Of a stretch of 50,307 nt of DNA, positions 36,320 through 45,583 are shown piece by piece (position 1 is the first letter of the stretch; each line of letters starts with the position of its first letter). The stretch covers positions 1-50,307 of the forward strand of contig JAKBAE010000002.1 in NCBI GenBank assembly GCA_021809325.1, written 5' to 3'. The notes beneath the pieces were generated by a model. The model saw nothing but the letters and a program-made list of their open reading frames with translations, did not search any database and had not been told where the DNA came from. A program made the translations under genes and the position numbers. Origin of the DNA: a bacterium (GTDB lineage: Bacteria > Chlamydiota > Chlamydiia > Chlamydiales > SM23-39).

Positions 36320-36389
36320 TCTAATAGGCCGTAACAAAAATTCTTGGAGTAATTTCGTTGTCAAAGCCCCCCGGGATCAACGAAAAAAT

Positions 36390-36431
36390 AGGAGCCAATA
36401 GTAACTGCAATATAGGCTCCTTCTTTTTTTC
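36390..36431 (+). terminator. Candidate intrinsic terminator after the MFS-DUF2000 pair
   Basis: AGGAGCC-(18-nt loop)-GGCTCCT followed by TTCTTTTTTTCTTT. Confidence 0.45.
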
Positions 36432-36477
36432 TTTAAAATAATATCTGTGGTAAATATTATCGCATTTTTTAAAACAA

Positions 36478-37467
36478 ATGATAATTATGAGGAAAAAAAT
36501 GCTTATTGGAAAGCCTGACTATAATCCAGTTTTACTTATTACTAACTTTGAGGGCTATGGAGATCTGTTGTGCCACACTCCATCGATTCGCATTCTTTCT
36601 CAAATCGCTCCAAATCTCGATGTCTGGTGCAAGCGGCCCGAACCCTTTTTTCTCAATCCCTGTATAAAAAATTTGTCTGTGTATAGCGAACGCGAACTCG
36701 TTATTCCCAGCAAATATGAAGATCGCGTTATCTTAATCTCTGTTGATTCACAAGGTCATTTTCCTCATTGCACCATTCACAACGTAGATCTGTTTTCAAT
36801 CAAGGCGATGCGCAAGATCCTGCGCTATAGAGAAAAAACGGTTGAAGCCTACTGGTCTTTGCAGGACAAGCAACGCGTTCAGAAACTTTTACAGCAACAT
36901 CGAGTCGCAGATGACCGATTTGTCGTGATCACACCGGCGATTACCTGGCCTTCTAGAACGCTGCCTTTGCCTTTTTATCAGGAACTGATTGTAGGAATTC
37001 AACGGCGAGGCTATCAAGTGGTGCTGGTAGGAAAAGAGATTTCCTACACAAGAGATGCCAATGAGATGAATAAAACTCTTTATGACGCCGCTCATTTCCC
37101 CGGCGCGATCTCTCTTTACAACCAGTTATCCTTCGCAGAATTATGCGCCCTCTACTCAATCACCCCGATCGCGATCAACTCACAAAACGGAAATACTTGG
37201 GCCTCTTGTACCAACGACTTTTGTTGGAATCTATTCATTCCAACCCTCTCAGCTCCGGAATACTCTCTTCCTTTTAGACACGGCTCTCAATTTTATAAAG
37301 CTGCGGCTGTTGGCAATGCAGCCGACTATTATCCTGCATCCGTCTACTCTAAGCATGACTACGAAACTTATTTAGATATGCCAATCCTTCTTCCGCCTGT
37401 ACAGGAAGTTTTGACAGCATTTGAGTCTATATTAACATGCATTCACTTGAAGAAAAACTCGCTTTGA
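36478..37467 (+). CDS. Glycosyltransferase family 9-like (heptosyltransferase-like) protein
   Basis: LLITNFEGYGDLLCHTPSIRIL and FVVITPAITWPSRTLPLPFYQELIVGIQRRGYQVVLVGKE resemble the two GT9 signature regions. The gene is AT-richer by eye. Confidence 0.65.
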   Translation: MIIMRKKMLIGKPDYNPVLLITNFEGYGDLLCHTPSIRILSQIAPNLDVWCKRPEPFFLNPCIKNLSVYSERELVIPSKYEDRVILISVDSQGHFPHCTIHNVDLFSIKAMRKILRYREKTVEAYWSLQDKQRVQKLLQQHRVADDRFVVITPAITWPSRTLPLPFYQELIVGIQRRGYQVVLVGKEISYTRDANEMNKTLYDAAHFPGAISLYNQLSFAELCALYSITPIAINSQNGNTWASCTNDFCWNLFIPTLSAPEYSLPFRHGSQFYKAAAVGNAADYYPASVYSKHDYETYLDMPILLPPVQEVLTAFESILTCIHLKKNSL

Positions 37468-37473
37468 AACATT

Positions 37474-38100
37474 TTAATGAGGCCTTTTTACAAACCGCTC
37501 TTCAACTGTTTTCCAATTGAGGTTGGCAAAAAAGGCGTTAATATAGGCTGCCCGATCAAGTCCATATTGAGGCATGTAGGCATGCTCAAAAACATCCATC
37601 ACCAAAATCGGATTGGCCCCGGCCAGGTGGCCTGTATCGTGCTCTTCGATCCAAGCGTTATAAAGAAGGCCCGTTTGAGGATCGCGGTAAAGGACAACCC
37701 AGCCGATCCCTCGCATTGAGCCCGTTTTGATAAAGTCCGCTTTCCATTTGTCAAAGCTGCCCCATTGTTTTGTAAGTGTCTGGAAAAGGGGGCTTTTTTG
37801 ATCAGACTGGCCATTGCCGCCCAGATTGTCAAAGTAATACTCATGCAGGCGCATCCCATCGAACTCCCATCCTAAGCGTCGTTTTAGGGCTCCATATTCC
37901 AGGGGCGTAAGGCTTGTAGATTGAAGCTGTCCGATGAGATCGTTCGTATTTTTGACGTACCCTTCGTAGAGCTTGAAGTGCATCGTCAAGAGCTGATCGG
38001 AAAATCCTTTCATGCCGATGAGATGTTGATAGTCTTTTACAGTGTATGGCGCCGCAGCTAGAAAAAGGGAAGCGAGTGCAATGGCAAAGGTTGACATCAT
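37474..38100 (-). CDS. Fe/Mn-family superoxide dismutase with N-terminal signal-like peptide
   Basis: The hydrophobic N-terminus is MMSTFAIALASLFLAAA. TMHFKLYEGYV is a variant of the HHxKHHxxYV region, and DVFEHAYM is the D-x-W/F-E-H-A-Y ligand block. Confidence 0.85.
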   Translation of the reverse strand: MMSTFAIALASLFLAAAPYTVKDYQHLIGMKGFSDQLLTMHFKLYEGYVKNTNDLIGQLQSTSLTPLEYGALKRRLGWEFDGMRLHEYYFDNLGGNGQSDQKSPLFQTLTKQWGSFDKWKADFIKTGSMRGIGWVVLYRDPQTGLLYNAWIEEHDTGHLAGANPILVMDVFEHAYMPQYGLDRAAYINAFFANLNWKTVEERFVKRPH

Positions 38101-39527
38101 GAGAAAAAGGGCCCTGTTATAAAGTAGATGAGATAGAGAATAAATGTCGGCAAGGCCGCTGCATAGAAGAGCTTCAAGGGTGAGATGCCATCCGGAAAGT
38201 GTTTGCCTAAAAGGACGTATCCTGCCGGGTTCGGCGCATTGGCGATCACGGTCAGCCCGCCTCCAGCGACAACTCCGGTAAAGACCGCATATTTATAGGC
38301 GTCGCCCCAATACGGGACCAGAGTGGCGAGATAAGAGATTCCGGTATTGTCCGTAAATCCCGTTAAAAGGATAGAGACGCCCAGCACTCCAAGCGGCGTT
38401 AGGCTTCGCAAAAGATGGACGACCCACCAGCCCTGCAAACCTCCATGGATCACGAGGCCTGCAAGGAAGAGTCCGACCAGCAGAGGCCTAGATAGACGGA
38501 TGGGATATTGATGATGGCGGGTGGCTTGGTGGAATCCCAAAAAGAAGAGGAAGCTTCCAATGAAAACTGCCGGAAAGTGGGAGATAAATACGATCCAGAC
38601 GATCACGAGAACATGGATGGCTGTGATCCAGAGCGGGATGGGGGTGTCCGAGTCTTCCGGATTGGGAGTTTGCACGTTGCTCATCACAGCTCTACGCTGG
38701 CCTAACTCGCTGAGTTCCTTACGGAAAAAGAGCCAATAGAGCGCATTAGAAAAGAAGATTCCCAAAACCGCTTTCCAGCCAAAATTGAAGAGCATAAATG
38801 CCGTATTCCACTCCCAGCAATGCGCTAAGACTAAAACGGCCGGCGAAGCAAAGTCAGTTAATACGCCGCCGACAGATATGTTGACAAAGAGGAGGCCGAT
38901 CGTTGCATAACAGAGCTTGCCGCTGGGTTTGAAGGCGTAAAATTGCCTAGAAAGGAGAAGGGCGCAAAGGGCCATGGCTCCGGTTTCCGTGATGAACGAG
39001 CCGAGAAGGGGGCCTAAGGTCAGAAGAGTATACCACCAAGCGGAAAGAGAGTTTCCTAAGCATTTAGCGATAGAACGGAGCACGATCTCAGCTAAATGGA
39101 CGATCGGCCTTGTCGAGGTAAGCGCCATGATCACGACGACAAAAAGCGGTTCGGTAAAGTCGCGCGTATTTAAGTACTCTAGAGCCGTATTCCAGCCATG
39201 CATGACGGCGATGATCAAGAAGAGAGGGATTGCCCAGAGGGCAAAGACGATTTCGACTTCAGCAAAAAAATAGAGAAACTGAATCCGAATCGCCCGGCGG
39301 ACGCTTGTCTGCTCATTTTTAGGGGTTTTAAGCTCAATTTTTCTGGCAAACCGGCGGATGGCGTTCGTGGAAAAGGTGTGGATGATCGCAATGATAAATA
39401 AAATGAGCGCTAGAAGATGGAAAATGCTAAAGTCGAAACTCTCTAGTCCTAAGACATCTATTGTCTTGAGGCAGTCGAATTTCGCGGCCCGTTTGGTCAA
39501 AGCCTCTTCGGCAATAAAATAGTGCAT
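38097..39527 (-). CDS. Polytopic membrane protein, putative Na+/H+ antiporter-like (DUF1504-type)
   Basis: About 11-12 TM segments. The family assignment is from memory only. The gene shares an ATGA overlap with the SOD gene. Confidence 0.6.
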   Translation of the reverse strand: MHYFIAEEALTKRAAKFDCLKTIDVLGLESFDFSIFHLLALILFIIAIIHTFSTNAIRRFARKIELKTPKNEQTSVRRAIRIQFLYFFAEVEIVFALWAIPLFLIIAVMHGWNTALEYLNTRDFTEPLFVVVIMALTSTRPIVHLAEIVLRSIAKCLGNSLSAWWYTLLTLGPLLGSFITETGAMALCALLLSRQFYAFKPSGKLCYATIGLLFVNISVGGVLTDFASPAVLVLAHCWEWNTAFMLFNFGWKAVLGIFFSNALYWLFFRKELSELGQRRAVMSNVQTPNPEDSDTPIPLWITAIHVLVIVWIVFISHFPAVFIGSFLFFLGFHQATRHHQYPIRLSRPLLVGLFLAGLVIHGGLQGWWVVHLLRSLTPLGVLGVSILLTGFTDNTGISYLATLVPYWGDAYKYAVFTGVVAGGGLTVIANAPNPAGYVLLGKHFPDGISPLKLFYAAALPTFILYLIYFITGPFFS

Positions 39528-39567
39528 TGATTGTAGCTGCTTTTTTTGCAGCGTATCAAAGCACTAA

Positions 39568-42447
39568 TTAATTTCCAGCGAGTTTTGCGATTTGCTCTTT
39601 GTTTTTTGTTTTGCGCTGAAGCTGAGAGAGGGTTTGCTTGAGCTGCTCTTGGGGATGCTGTTGAGGCATCATCTCAAAGCGGAACAAATCGCGCGCGATT
39701 GCTTTGCGCAGGCGCTGAGAGAGAGCTTCAAAGAGAGCAAAGGCTTCGTGTTTAAACTCTAAGAGAGGATCTTTCTGTCCAACCGTACGCATATGGACAT
39801 CGGTTCGGAGATGGTCGATGGCGAGCAGGTGCTCTATCCAGAGCTGGTCGATCTTTCGGATCATCAGGTTGCGGATCACTTCTTGAAGAACCGACTGCGC
39901 TTTTTCTTCTTCGTGCATATCGGGTCTGAGGAAAGCGAGAATCTCGCGCTGGTATTGCAGCTTCAGCTCGAAAGAAGCGATGATTTTATCCGCCGTCTTC
40001 TTCGCTAAATCGCCGGTTGGTTCAAGGGTCTTTTCCTCCCAATGAATCGGGAAGATCTCTTGCAGCTCTTGAACGAGGCGTGCTGTATTTGCGCTGTGTT
40101 CTTCTACAATGTGAAGACATACGGTTTCAATTACCTCAGCCGCTAAGATGAGGGGCTTTTCGACAAAAAGAAGCTCGTTGCGGAACGCATAGACCTCTTG
40201 TCTTTGCTTGTTCATCACATCGTCGTATTCTAGAGTGTGCTTGCGCATTGTGTAATTGCGCTGCTCGACCCTTTTTTGCGCTGTTTCGATCGACTTGTTC
40301 AGCACCTTGGCTGAGATCGGCTCTCCTTCCGGCGGGCGGAACCTTTGCAAAAGCGATGTCATACGGGGAGAGGCGAAAAGACGCATCAACGAATCTTCAA
40401 ACGAAACGTAAAACTTAGAGGACCCGGGGTCGCCAAGACGGCCCGATCGTCCGCGCAGCTGGCGGTCAATACGCCTCGACTGGTGGCGGGTGGTGCCGAT
40501 CACATGCAAACCGCCAAGCGCAGGCACGCCTTCTTTCAGTTTAATGTCTGTTCCTCGTCCTGCCATATTGGTCGCAAGGGTAATTGCCCCTTTCATGCCG
40601 GCTTCTGCGATGATCTCGGCTTCTTTTGCGTGGTTTTTCGCATTGAGGATTGTATGATCGAGCTTATTTTGCTTGAGGATGCGCGAGAGCTTTTCCGATA
40701 CTTCGACAGATTCGGTCCCGATCAAGATCGGCCGGCCCTTTTCATTTACATCTTTGATCTCTTTAAGGATTGCGTTGTACTTTTCGCGCTCCGTCATGTA
40801 GATCTCGTCGTCGGAATCTTTGCGCTGGCAGCGGCGATGGGTCGGGATTTCCAGGACCTCCAGCTTGTAAATCTCTTTGAACTCATTTGCCTCGGTCATC
40901 GCCGTTCCTGTCATTCCGGAAAGGCGCCCATACATGCGGAAATAGTTTTGCAGGGTGATCGTCGCATAGGTTTGCGTCTCTCCCTGGATATCGACGTTTT
41001 CTTTCGCTTCAATTGCCTGATGGAGCCCATCGGAAAAGCGGCGGCCGGGCTGGGGGCGTCCTGTGTTTTCATCGATGATGACGATTTTCCCTTCATGGAT
41101 GATGTAGTCGATGTCCTTTTCCATCAGGAGCTGGGCCCGCAGCATTTGCCGGAGATTGTGCGAGCGCTCTTTTCTTTTCGCATCGTCTTCGCGCAAGAGG
41201 ACTTTCTCTTGCAGCTTTTCTTGCTCAGAGAGAGCTTCTTTCGATTCGATGAGCGAATATTCATGGCCGAGATCGAGCATGACGAAATCATCCGCCCCCT
41301 GGCCACCTTCGCCCCATTCGCGGATTCCCCTGTCTGTCAGTTCATACTCGTTATTGCGCTCATCGACGACGATGTAGAGTTCGGCCAAAGCTTCGAACTT
41401 CTCTTCTTTGTTCTGTTCTCCGAAGAAATAGGTTTCCCATTTCTCGATCTGCGCGCGCAGGTCGGGATTTTCTTTGATCCGCTTGAGGATTTTATTGCGT
41501 GGCGTTCCTTTGCCGACGAGCCAGAGTTTTTTAAAGGACTCTTTTTTCTGCTCTTCTTCCTCTTTCGAGAGCTTTCTTGGCGCTGTGGATTCTTCAATTA
41601 CGCCAAGCGCGTCTAAAGACCGGCGCGCATCTGTCGCCAGCTTGTTGCATAGATCCCTTTGGACGCGGACGAGATGGGCTACGCCTTCTTTCAGCTCGTC
41701 GTACATTTGCCGGCTCTCCGGAACGGGACCGGAGATAATAAGAGGGGTTCTCGCTTCGTCGATGAGGATCGAGTCGATCTCGTCGATCATTGCGAAATAG
41801 TGCCCCCGCTGCACCTGCTCGTTTTTGTGCATAGACATCGAATTGTCGCGTAAATAATCAAAGCCGAACTCCGATGCTGTGCCGTACACGATATCGTTGG
41901 CATAGACTTCTTTTCGCTTATGGGGAGGGACGTCATTGGTCAAGGATGCAACGCTTAACCCCAGGCGGCGGAAGATCGTCCCGATCCATTCGCAGTCGCG
42001 CCTTGCTAAGTAATCATTGACCGTGATGAGGTGGACGGGCTTTCCGCTTAAGGCATGGAGGTAAAGAGGCAGCGAAGCCGTGAGCGTTTTCCCTTCGCCC
42101 GTCTGCATTTCAGCGATCGAGCCGTGAAACATCGCAATAGCGCCGAGAAGCTGCACATCATAGGGGACCATGTCCCATTTCTGATTGTAGCCCGAGACAT
42201 GGACCTCCGATCCGCACATCCGGCGGCACACATTCTTGACTGCGCCGAAAGCTTCAGGGAGGAGAGACTCAAGCGTCTCGCCTTTTGCGATTCTTTCCTT
42301 GAACTCAAGGGTCTTATGGCTCAGTTCGTCATCGGAGAGAGCTTGAAAGCGCTCTTCCCAGGAATTGATCTGGGGGACGAGCTTGGCGTATTTTTTGAGG
42401 ATGCGCGATTGGGCGGTGCCGAAGAGTTTTTTTAAGAATCTGAACAT
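39568..42447 (-). CDS. secA: Preprotein translocase ATPase SecA
   Basis: MQTGEGKTLTA (Walker A), IDEIDSILIDEARTPLIISG (DEAD-like), TNMAGRGTDIKL, and full-length architecture. Confidence 0.98.
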   Translation of the reverse strand: MFRFLKKLFGTAQSRILKKYAKLVPQINSWEERFQALSDDELSHKTLEFKERIAKGETLESLLPEAFGAVKNVCRRMCGSEVHVSGYNQKWDMVPYDVQLLGAIAMFHGSIAEMQTGEGKTLTASLPLYLHALSGKPVHLITVNDYLARRDCEWIGTIFRRLGLSVASLTNDVPPHKRKEVYANDIVYGTASEFGFDYLRDNSMSMHKNEQVQRGHYFAMIDEIDSILIDEARTPLIISGPVPESRQMYDELKEGVAHLVRVQRDLCNKLATDARRSLDALGVIEESTAPRKLSKEEEEQKKESFKKLWLVGKGTPRNKILKRIKENPDLRAQIEKWETYFFGEQNKEEKFEALAELYIVVDERNNEYELTDRGIREWGEGGQGADDFVMLDLGHEYSLIESKEALSEQEKLQEKVLLREDDAKRKERSHNLRQMLRAQLLMEKDIDYIIHEGKIVIIDENTGRPQPGRRFSDGLHQAIEAKENVDIQGETQTYATITLQNYFRMYGRLSGMTGTAMTEANEFKEIYKLEVLEIPTHRRCQRKDSDDEIYMTEREKYNAILKEIKDVNEKGRPILIGTESVEVSEKLSRILKQNKLDHTILNAKNHAKEAEIIAEAGMKGAITLATNMAGRGTDIKLKEGVPALGGLHVIGTTRHQSRRIDRQLRGRSGRLGDPGSSKFYVSFEDSLMRLFASPRMTSLLQRFRPPEGEPISAKVLNKSIETAQKRVEQRNYTMRKHTLEYDDVMNKQRQEVYAFRNELLFVEKPLILAAEVIETVCLHIVEEHSANTARLVQELQEIFPIHWEEKTLEPTGDLAKKTADKIIASFELKLQYQREILAFLRPDMHEEEKAQSVLQEVIRNLMIRKIDQLWIEHLLAIDHLRTDVHMRTVGQKDPLLEFKHEAFALFEALSQRLRKAIARDLFRFEMMPQQHPQEQLKQTLSQLQRKTKNKEQIAKLAGN

Positions 42448-42638
42448 GTTTCCGTCTTGAAGCTATTCTTAAAGAATTTTAGACGGAATGAGGATTTTCT
42501 ACAAGGATTTACTCCTTTTTTTTAGAAATTACAGTTATTTTGTTTTTTACTTGTTTTGAGTTTCTATCTAAATAGGAATGTACCCTAAAATCAAAATCCT
42601 TGCAAAAAACACTTTACATCGTGCTACTCTCTTATTTC

Positions 42639-43547
42639 ATGGATGACATTCGCTATATTGAGCGCTCCAGTGGAGAGCTCTCCACGGAAAAAGTGTATGG
42701 CCATCGGGCCCTTTCTTTAATGTACGGCACGTCCTTTACGTCCCGTCTTTTTGCTTTTTTCTTTTTGCCCCTTTTGGCCCGCGTCCCTCTCTTTTCCCAT
42801 CTCTACGGACTCATGCAAAAGAGCGCAGCTTCGCGCAAGAAGATTGAGCCTTTTATCCAGACCTATCAAGTCGATGTTTCCGAATTTGCCGATCCCGTAT
42901 CTTCATTTCGTTCTTTCAACGATTTTTTTATCCGCAAATTAAAGCCTGAGTGCAGGCCGATCGATCCCGATCCCGGCGTGGCCGTTCTTCCTGCAGACGG
43001 ACGCTATCTCGTCTTTCCCAAGGTTGGGCGGGCAGAGGGGTTTTATATAAAGGGGCAGAAGTTCGATCTCGGCACATTTTTAAAAGAAGAGGCTTTAGGC
43101 CGCAGATATGAAGAGGGGTCGATGGTCATTGCCCGTCTTTGTCCAACCGATTACCATCGCTTCCATTTCCCGGTTGACGGGCTTGCATCCGCATCGAAAC
43201 TCATTATGGGGTCTCTTTATTCCGTCAATCCCGTAGCGCTTGTAAAACGATTGCCGATTCTCTGGGAAAATAAGAGGTCCATTACCGAAATCGAATCGGA
43301 GCATTTTGGAACCGTTTCGATGGTTGAAGTGGGGGCTACTTGCGTAGGGACCATTCATCAAACCTATTCTTTAGAAAGCAGAGTGCAAAAAGGGGATGAG
43401 AAGGGTTACTTTTCGTTCGGCGGCTCTTGCATCGTTTTGCTCTTTGAAAAAAACCGGATCGAATTCGAAAAAGATCTGATCGAAAACTCCGCGCGCTATT
43501 TTGAGACGAAAGGGCTCTTTGGCACTCCTCTTGGAAAAAAGATGTAA
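42639..43547 (+). CDS. psd: Phosphatidylserine decarboxylase proenzyme
   Basis: PADGR, CPTDYHRFHFP, and the self-cleavage region GYFSFGGSCIVLLF. The ATG at 42639 is preferred over the upstream TTG at 42600. Confidence 0.92.
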   Translation: MDDIRYIERSSGELSTEKVYGHRALSLMYGTSFTSRLFAFFFLPLLARVPLFSHLYGLMQKSAASRKKIEPFIQTYQVDVSEFADPVSSFRSFNDFFIRKLKPECRPIDPDPGVAVLPADGRYLVFPKVGRAEGFYIKGQKFDLGTFLKEEALGRRYEEGSMVIARLCPTDYHRFHFPVDGLASASKLIMGSLYSVNPVALVKRLPILWENKRSITEIESEHFGTVSMVEVGATCVGTIHQTYSLESRVQKGDEKGYFSFGGSCIVLLFEKNRIEFEKDLIENSARYFETKGLFGTPLGKKM

Positions 43548-43565
43548 AGCTGTTTTACATCAACT

Positions 43566-44195
43566 TTAGAGCTCTTTGCAGATCGGGCACTTTTCCTTTT
43601 TATGTCCACGCGCGGGGCAGAATTTTCTAGCAAAGAGAATGATCTGCAGGTGCACTTTCGCCCAAGACTCTTTCGGGAAGAGCGCTTTGAGATCCTTTTC
43701 TGTCTGCAATACGGTCGTCCCTTTGCTCAGACCCCATCGTTTAGCGCAGCGATGGATGTGGGTATCCACCGGAAACGCCGGTTTGTGGAAAGCCTGTATG
43801 AGGACGACAGACGCAGTTTTGTGTCCAATCCCCGGCAGCTTTTCCAGCTCCTCGAGAGAATCGGGCACTTTTCCCATATGATCTGAGAGGATCTTGGCAG
43901 AGAGCTTGACGATCGCTTGCGATTTTGTGGGTGCAAGACCGCAGGGGCGGATGATCTCTTCAACCTCTTTTGGATCAAGCCTAGCCATGCCTTCCGGAGT
44001 ATCGGCTAACGCAAAGAGCTTGGGGGTGATCCGATTGACCCGCTCGTCAGTGCATTGGGCAGAGAGAAGGACGGCGATGAGGAGAGTGAAAGGGCTGCTA
44101 TGCCGAAGAGGAATTTGCGGATCGGGAAAGGTTTCGTTTAGGATTTTTTGGATCTCTTTTGCTTTTTCTTGACGTTTCATCATTTGCCTAGACAA
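43566..44195 (-). CDS. nth: Endonuclease III (HhH-GPD DNA glycosylase)
   Basis: LLSAQCTDERVN, the HhH motif LPGIGHKTASVVL, VDTHIHR, and the C-terminal Cys cluster region FCPARGHKKEKCPIC. Confidence 0.93.
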   Translation of the reverse strand: MSRQMMKRQEKAKEIQKILNETFPDPQIPLRHSSPFTLLIAVLLSAQCTDERVNRITPKLFALADTPEGMARLDPKEVEEIIRPCGLAPTKSQAIVKLSAKILSDHMGKVPDSLEELEKLPGIGHKTASVVLIQAFHKPAFPVDTHIHRCAKRWGLSKGTTVLQTEKDLKALFPKESWAKVHLQIILFARKFCPARGHKKEKCPICKEL

Positions 44196-45547
44196 AATTG
44201 GGAGAAGATGGAGCTAAGGATATCTTCCGATACGTTCGTTCCAAGAATCGAGGCTAGATGATGCAGGCACATTCTCATATCGAAGGCAATAAACTCTGGC
44301 GATATATTATTCCGCAAACCCTGGATGACTGTTTCGCAAAAGACGATGGCCTCTGTAAGGGCTTGAAAATGGCGGAGCGAAGATAATACCACCTCATCTT
44401 TTGATGGGGGGCCGTCTTTCCAGATCATGTGATGAAGCGCGCTTCGTAGCTGTTCAAGACCGGTTCCTGCTTTTGCGGAAAGACGGATAGAATTCTTCCA
44501 GGAAATGGTTTCCGGGGGAGCGGCAAGGTCGATTTTATTCCAAACCAAAATGGTTTTTTCTTGCGGGGCCAAAGAGAGCAGCTCCCGGTCGCCTTCATTG
44601 AGCGGGCGGCTTGCGTCAAGGAGAAGAAGGATCAAGTCTGCTTGCTGCATCGCAAGCCGCGAGCGGCGGATCCCTTCTTTTTCGATTTTTTCTTCCGTAT
44701 CCCGAATGCCTGCGGTATCGATGAGTTTGAAAGAAAGGCCCGATAGGCGAAGGTCGTCTTCGATCAAGTCCCGCGTCGTGCCGGCGACCTCCGTAACGAT
44801 GGCCCGCTCTTTGCCCAAAAGGGCGTTCATTAAGGACGATTTACCGACATTGGGCGAGCCGAGGAGACAAAGAGAGAGTCCTTGATGAATGATTTTCCCG
44901 TCTTCAAAGGTCTCGTGCAGCCGCCGCATCCGCTGACAAGTCTCTTCCAGAGAGCCGACGATCTCGTCCATGGTGGCAAACTCCAGCCCTTCTTCCGGGA
45001 AATCGACCCACGCTTCTAAAATTGCTGCGATCTTTGTCAGCTCTTCTTGGAATTGTCGGATCCTTTTTGAGAGGGCCCCTTCCAACTGCCGGCTTGAGGA
45101 TTCTCTCGCCAAGTCGCTCTTTGAGGCGATGAGCTGCTGCACCGCTTCCGCTTGCGCCAGATCGAGCTTGCCATTCAAAAACGCCTGAAAAGTAAACTCT
45201 CCTGGAAGGGCTGCTTGAGCCCCCGCCTCCAGCACTCTCTCGAGAACCCTTCTCGTAACAAGCGATCCTCCGTGGCAATGAAGCTCGACCGTTTCTTCCC
45301 CCGTATAGGAGCGCGGAGCGCGGAAAACAAGTAAAAGGACATGATCAATTACCTCTCCCTGCCTGCCTACTATCCGGCCATAATGCGCCGTATGGCTTTT
45401 ATAGGACGTAACCGCGCCTGAAAAAATCTTTTCGCTAATCAAAATCGCCTCGGGACCGGAAATCCGGATGACCGAAATAGCCCCTTCCCCAAGGGGAGTG
45501 GCGATGGCAGTAATCGTAGAACCTTTTTTATACTGTTGAATTTGCAT
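44180..45547 (-). CDS. mnmE: tRNA modification GTPase MnmE (TrmE/ThdF)
   Basis: TIAAIATPLGEGAISVIRISG, GSPNVGKSSLMNALL, DTAGIR, NKIDL, and the C-terminal FCLGK. Confidence 0.96.
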   Translation of the reverse strand: MQIQQYKKGSTITAIATPLGEGAISVIRISGPEAILISEKIFSGAVTSYKSHTAHYGRIVGRQGEVIDHVLLLVFRAPRSYTGEETVELHCHGGSLVTRRVLERVLEAGAQAALPGEFTFQAFLNGKLDLAQAEAVQQLIASKSDLARESSSRQLEGALSKRIRQFQEELTKIAAILEAWVDFPEEGLEFATMDEIVGSLEETCQRMRRLHETFEDGKIIHQGLSLCLLGSPNVGKSSLMNALLGKERAIVTEVAGTTRDLIEDDLRLSGLSFKLIDTAGIRDTEEKIEKEGIRRSRLAMQQADLILLLLDASRPLNEGDRELLSLAPQEKTILVWNKIDLAAPPETISWKNSIRLSAKAGTGLEQLRSALHHMIWKDGPPSKDEVVLSSLRHFQALTEAIVFCETVIQGLRNNISPEFIAFDMRMCLHHLASILGTNVSEDILSSIFSQFCLGK

Positions 45548-45583
45548 TGGTCTCTATTTATTATACAGAAAGGAGGGTTTCTT

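Noticed and set aside
40345..41616. 423-aa ORF on the plus strand
   Set aside because: It lies entirely antisense to secA, which has unmistakable full-length homology. The product has biased, low-information composition (Phe/Leu/Arg/Asp-rich) and no motifs.
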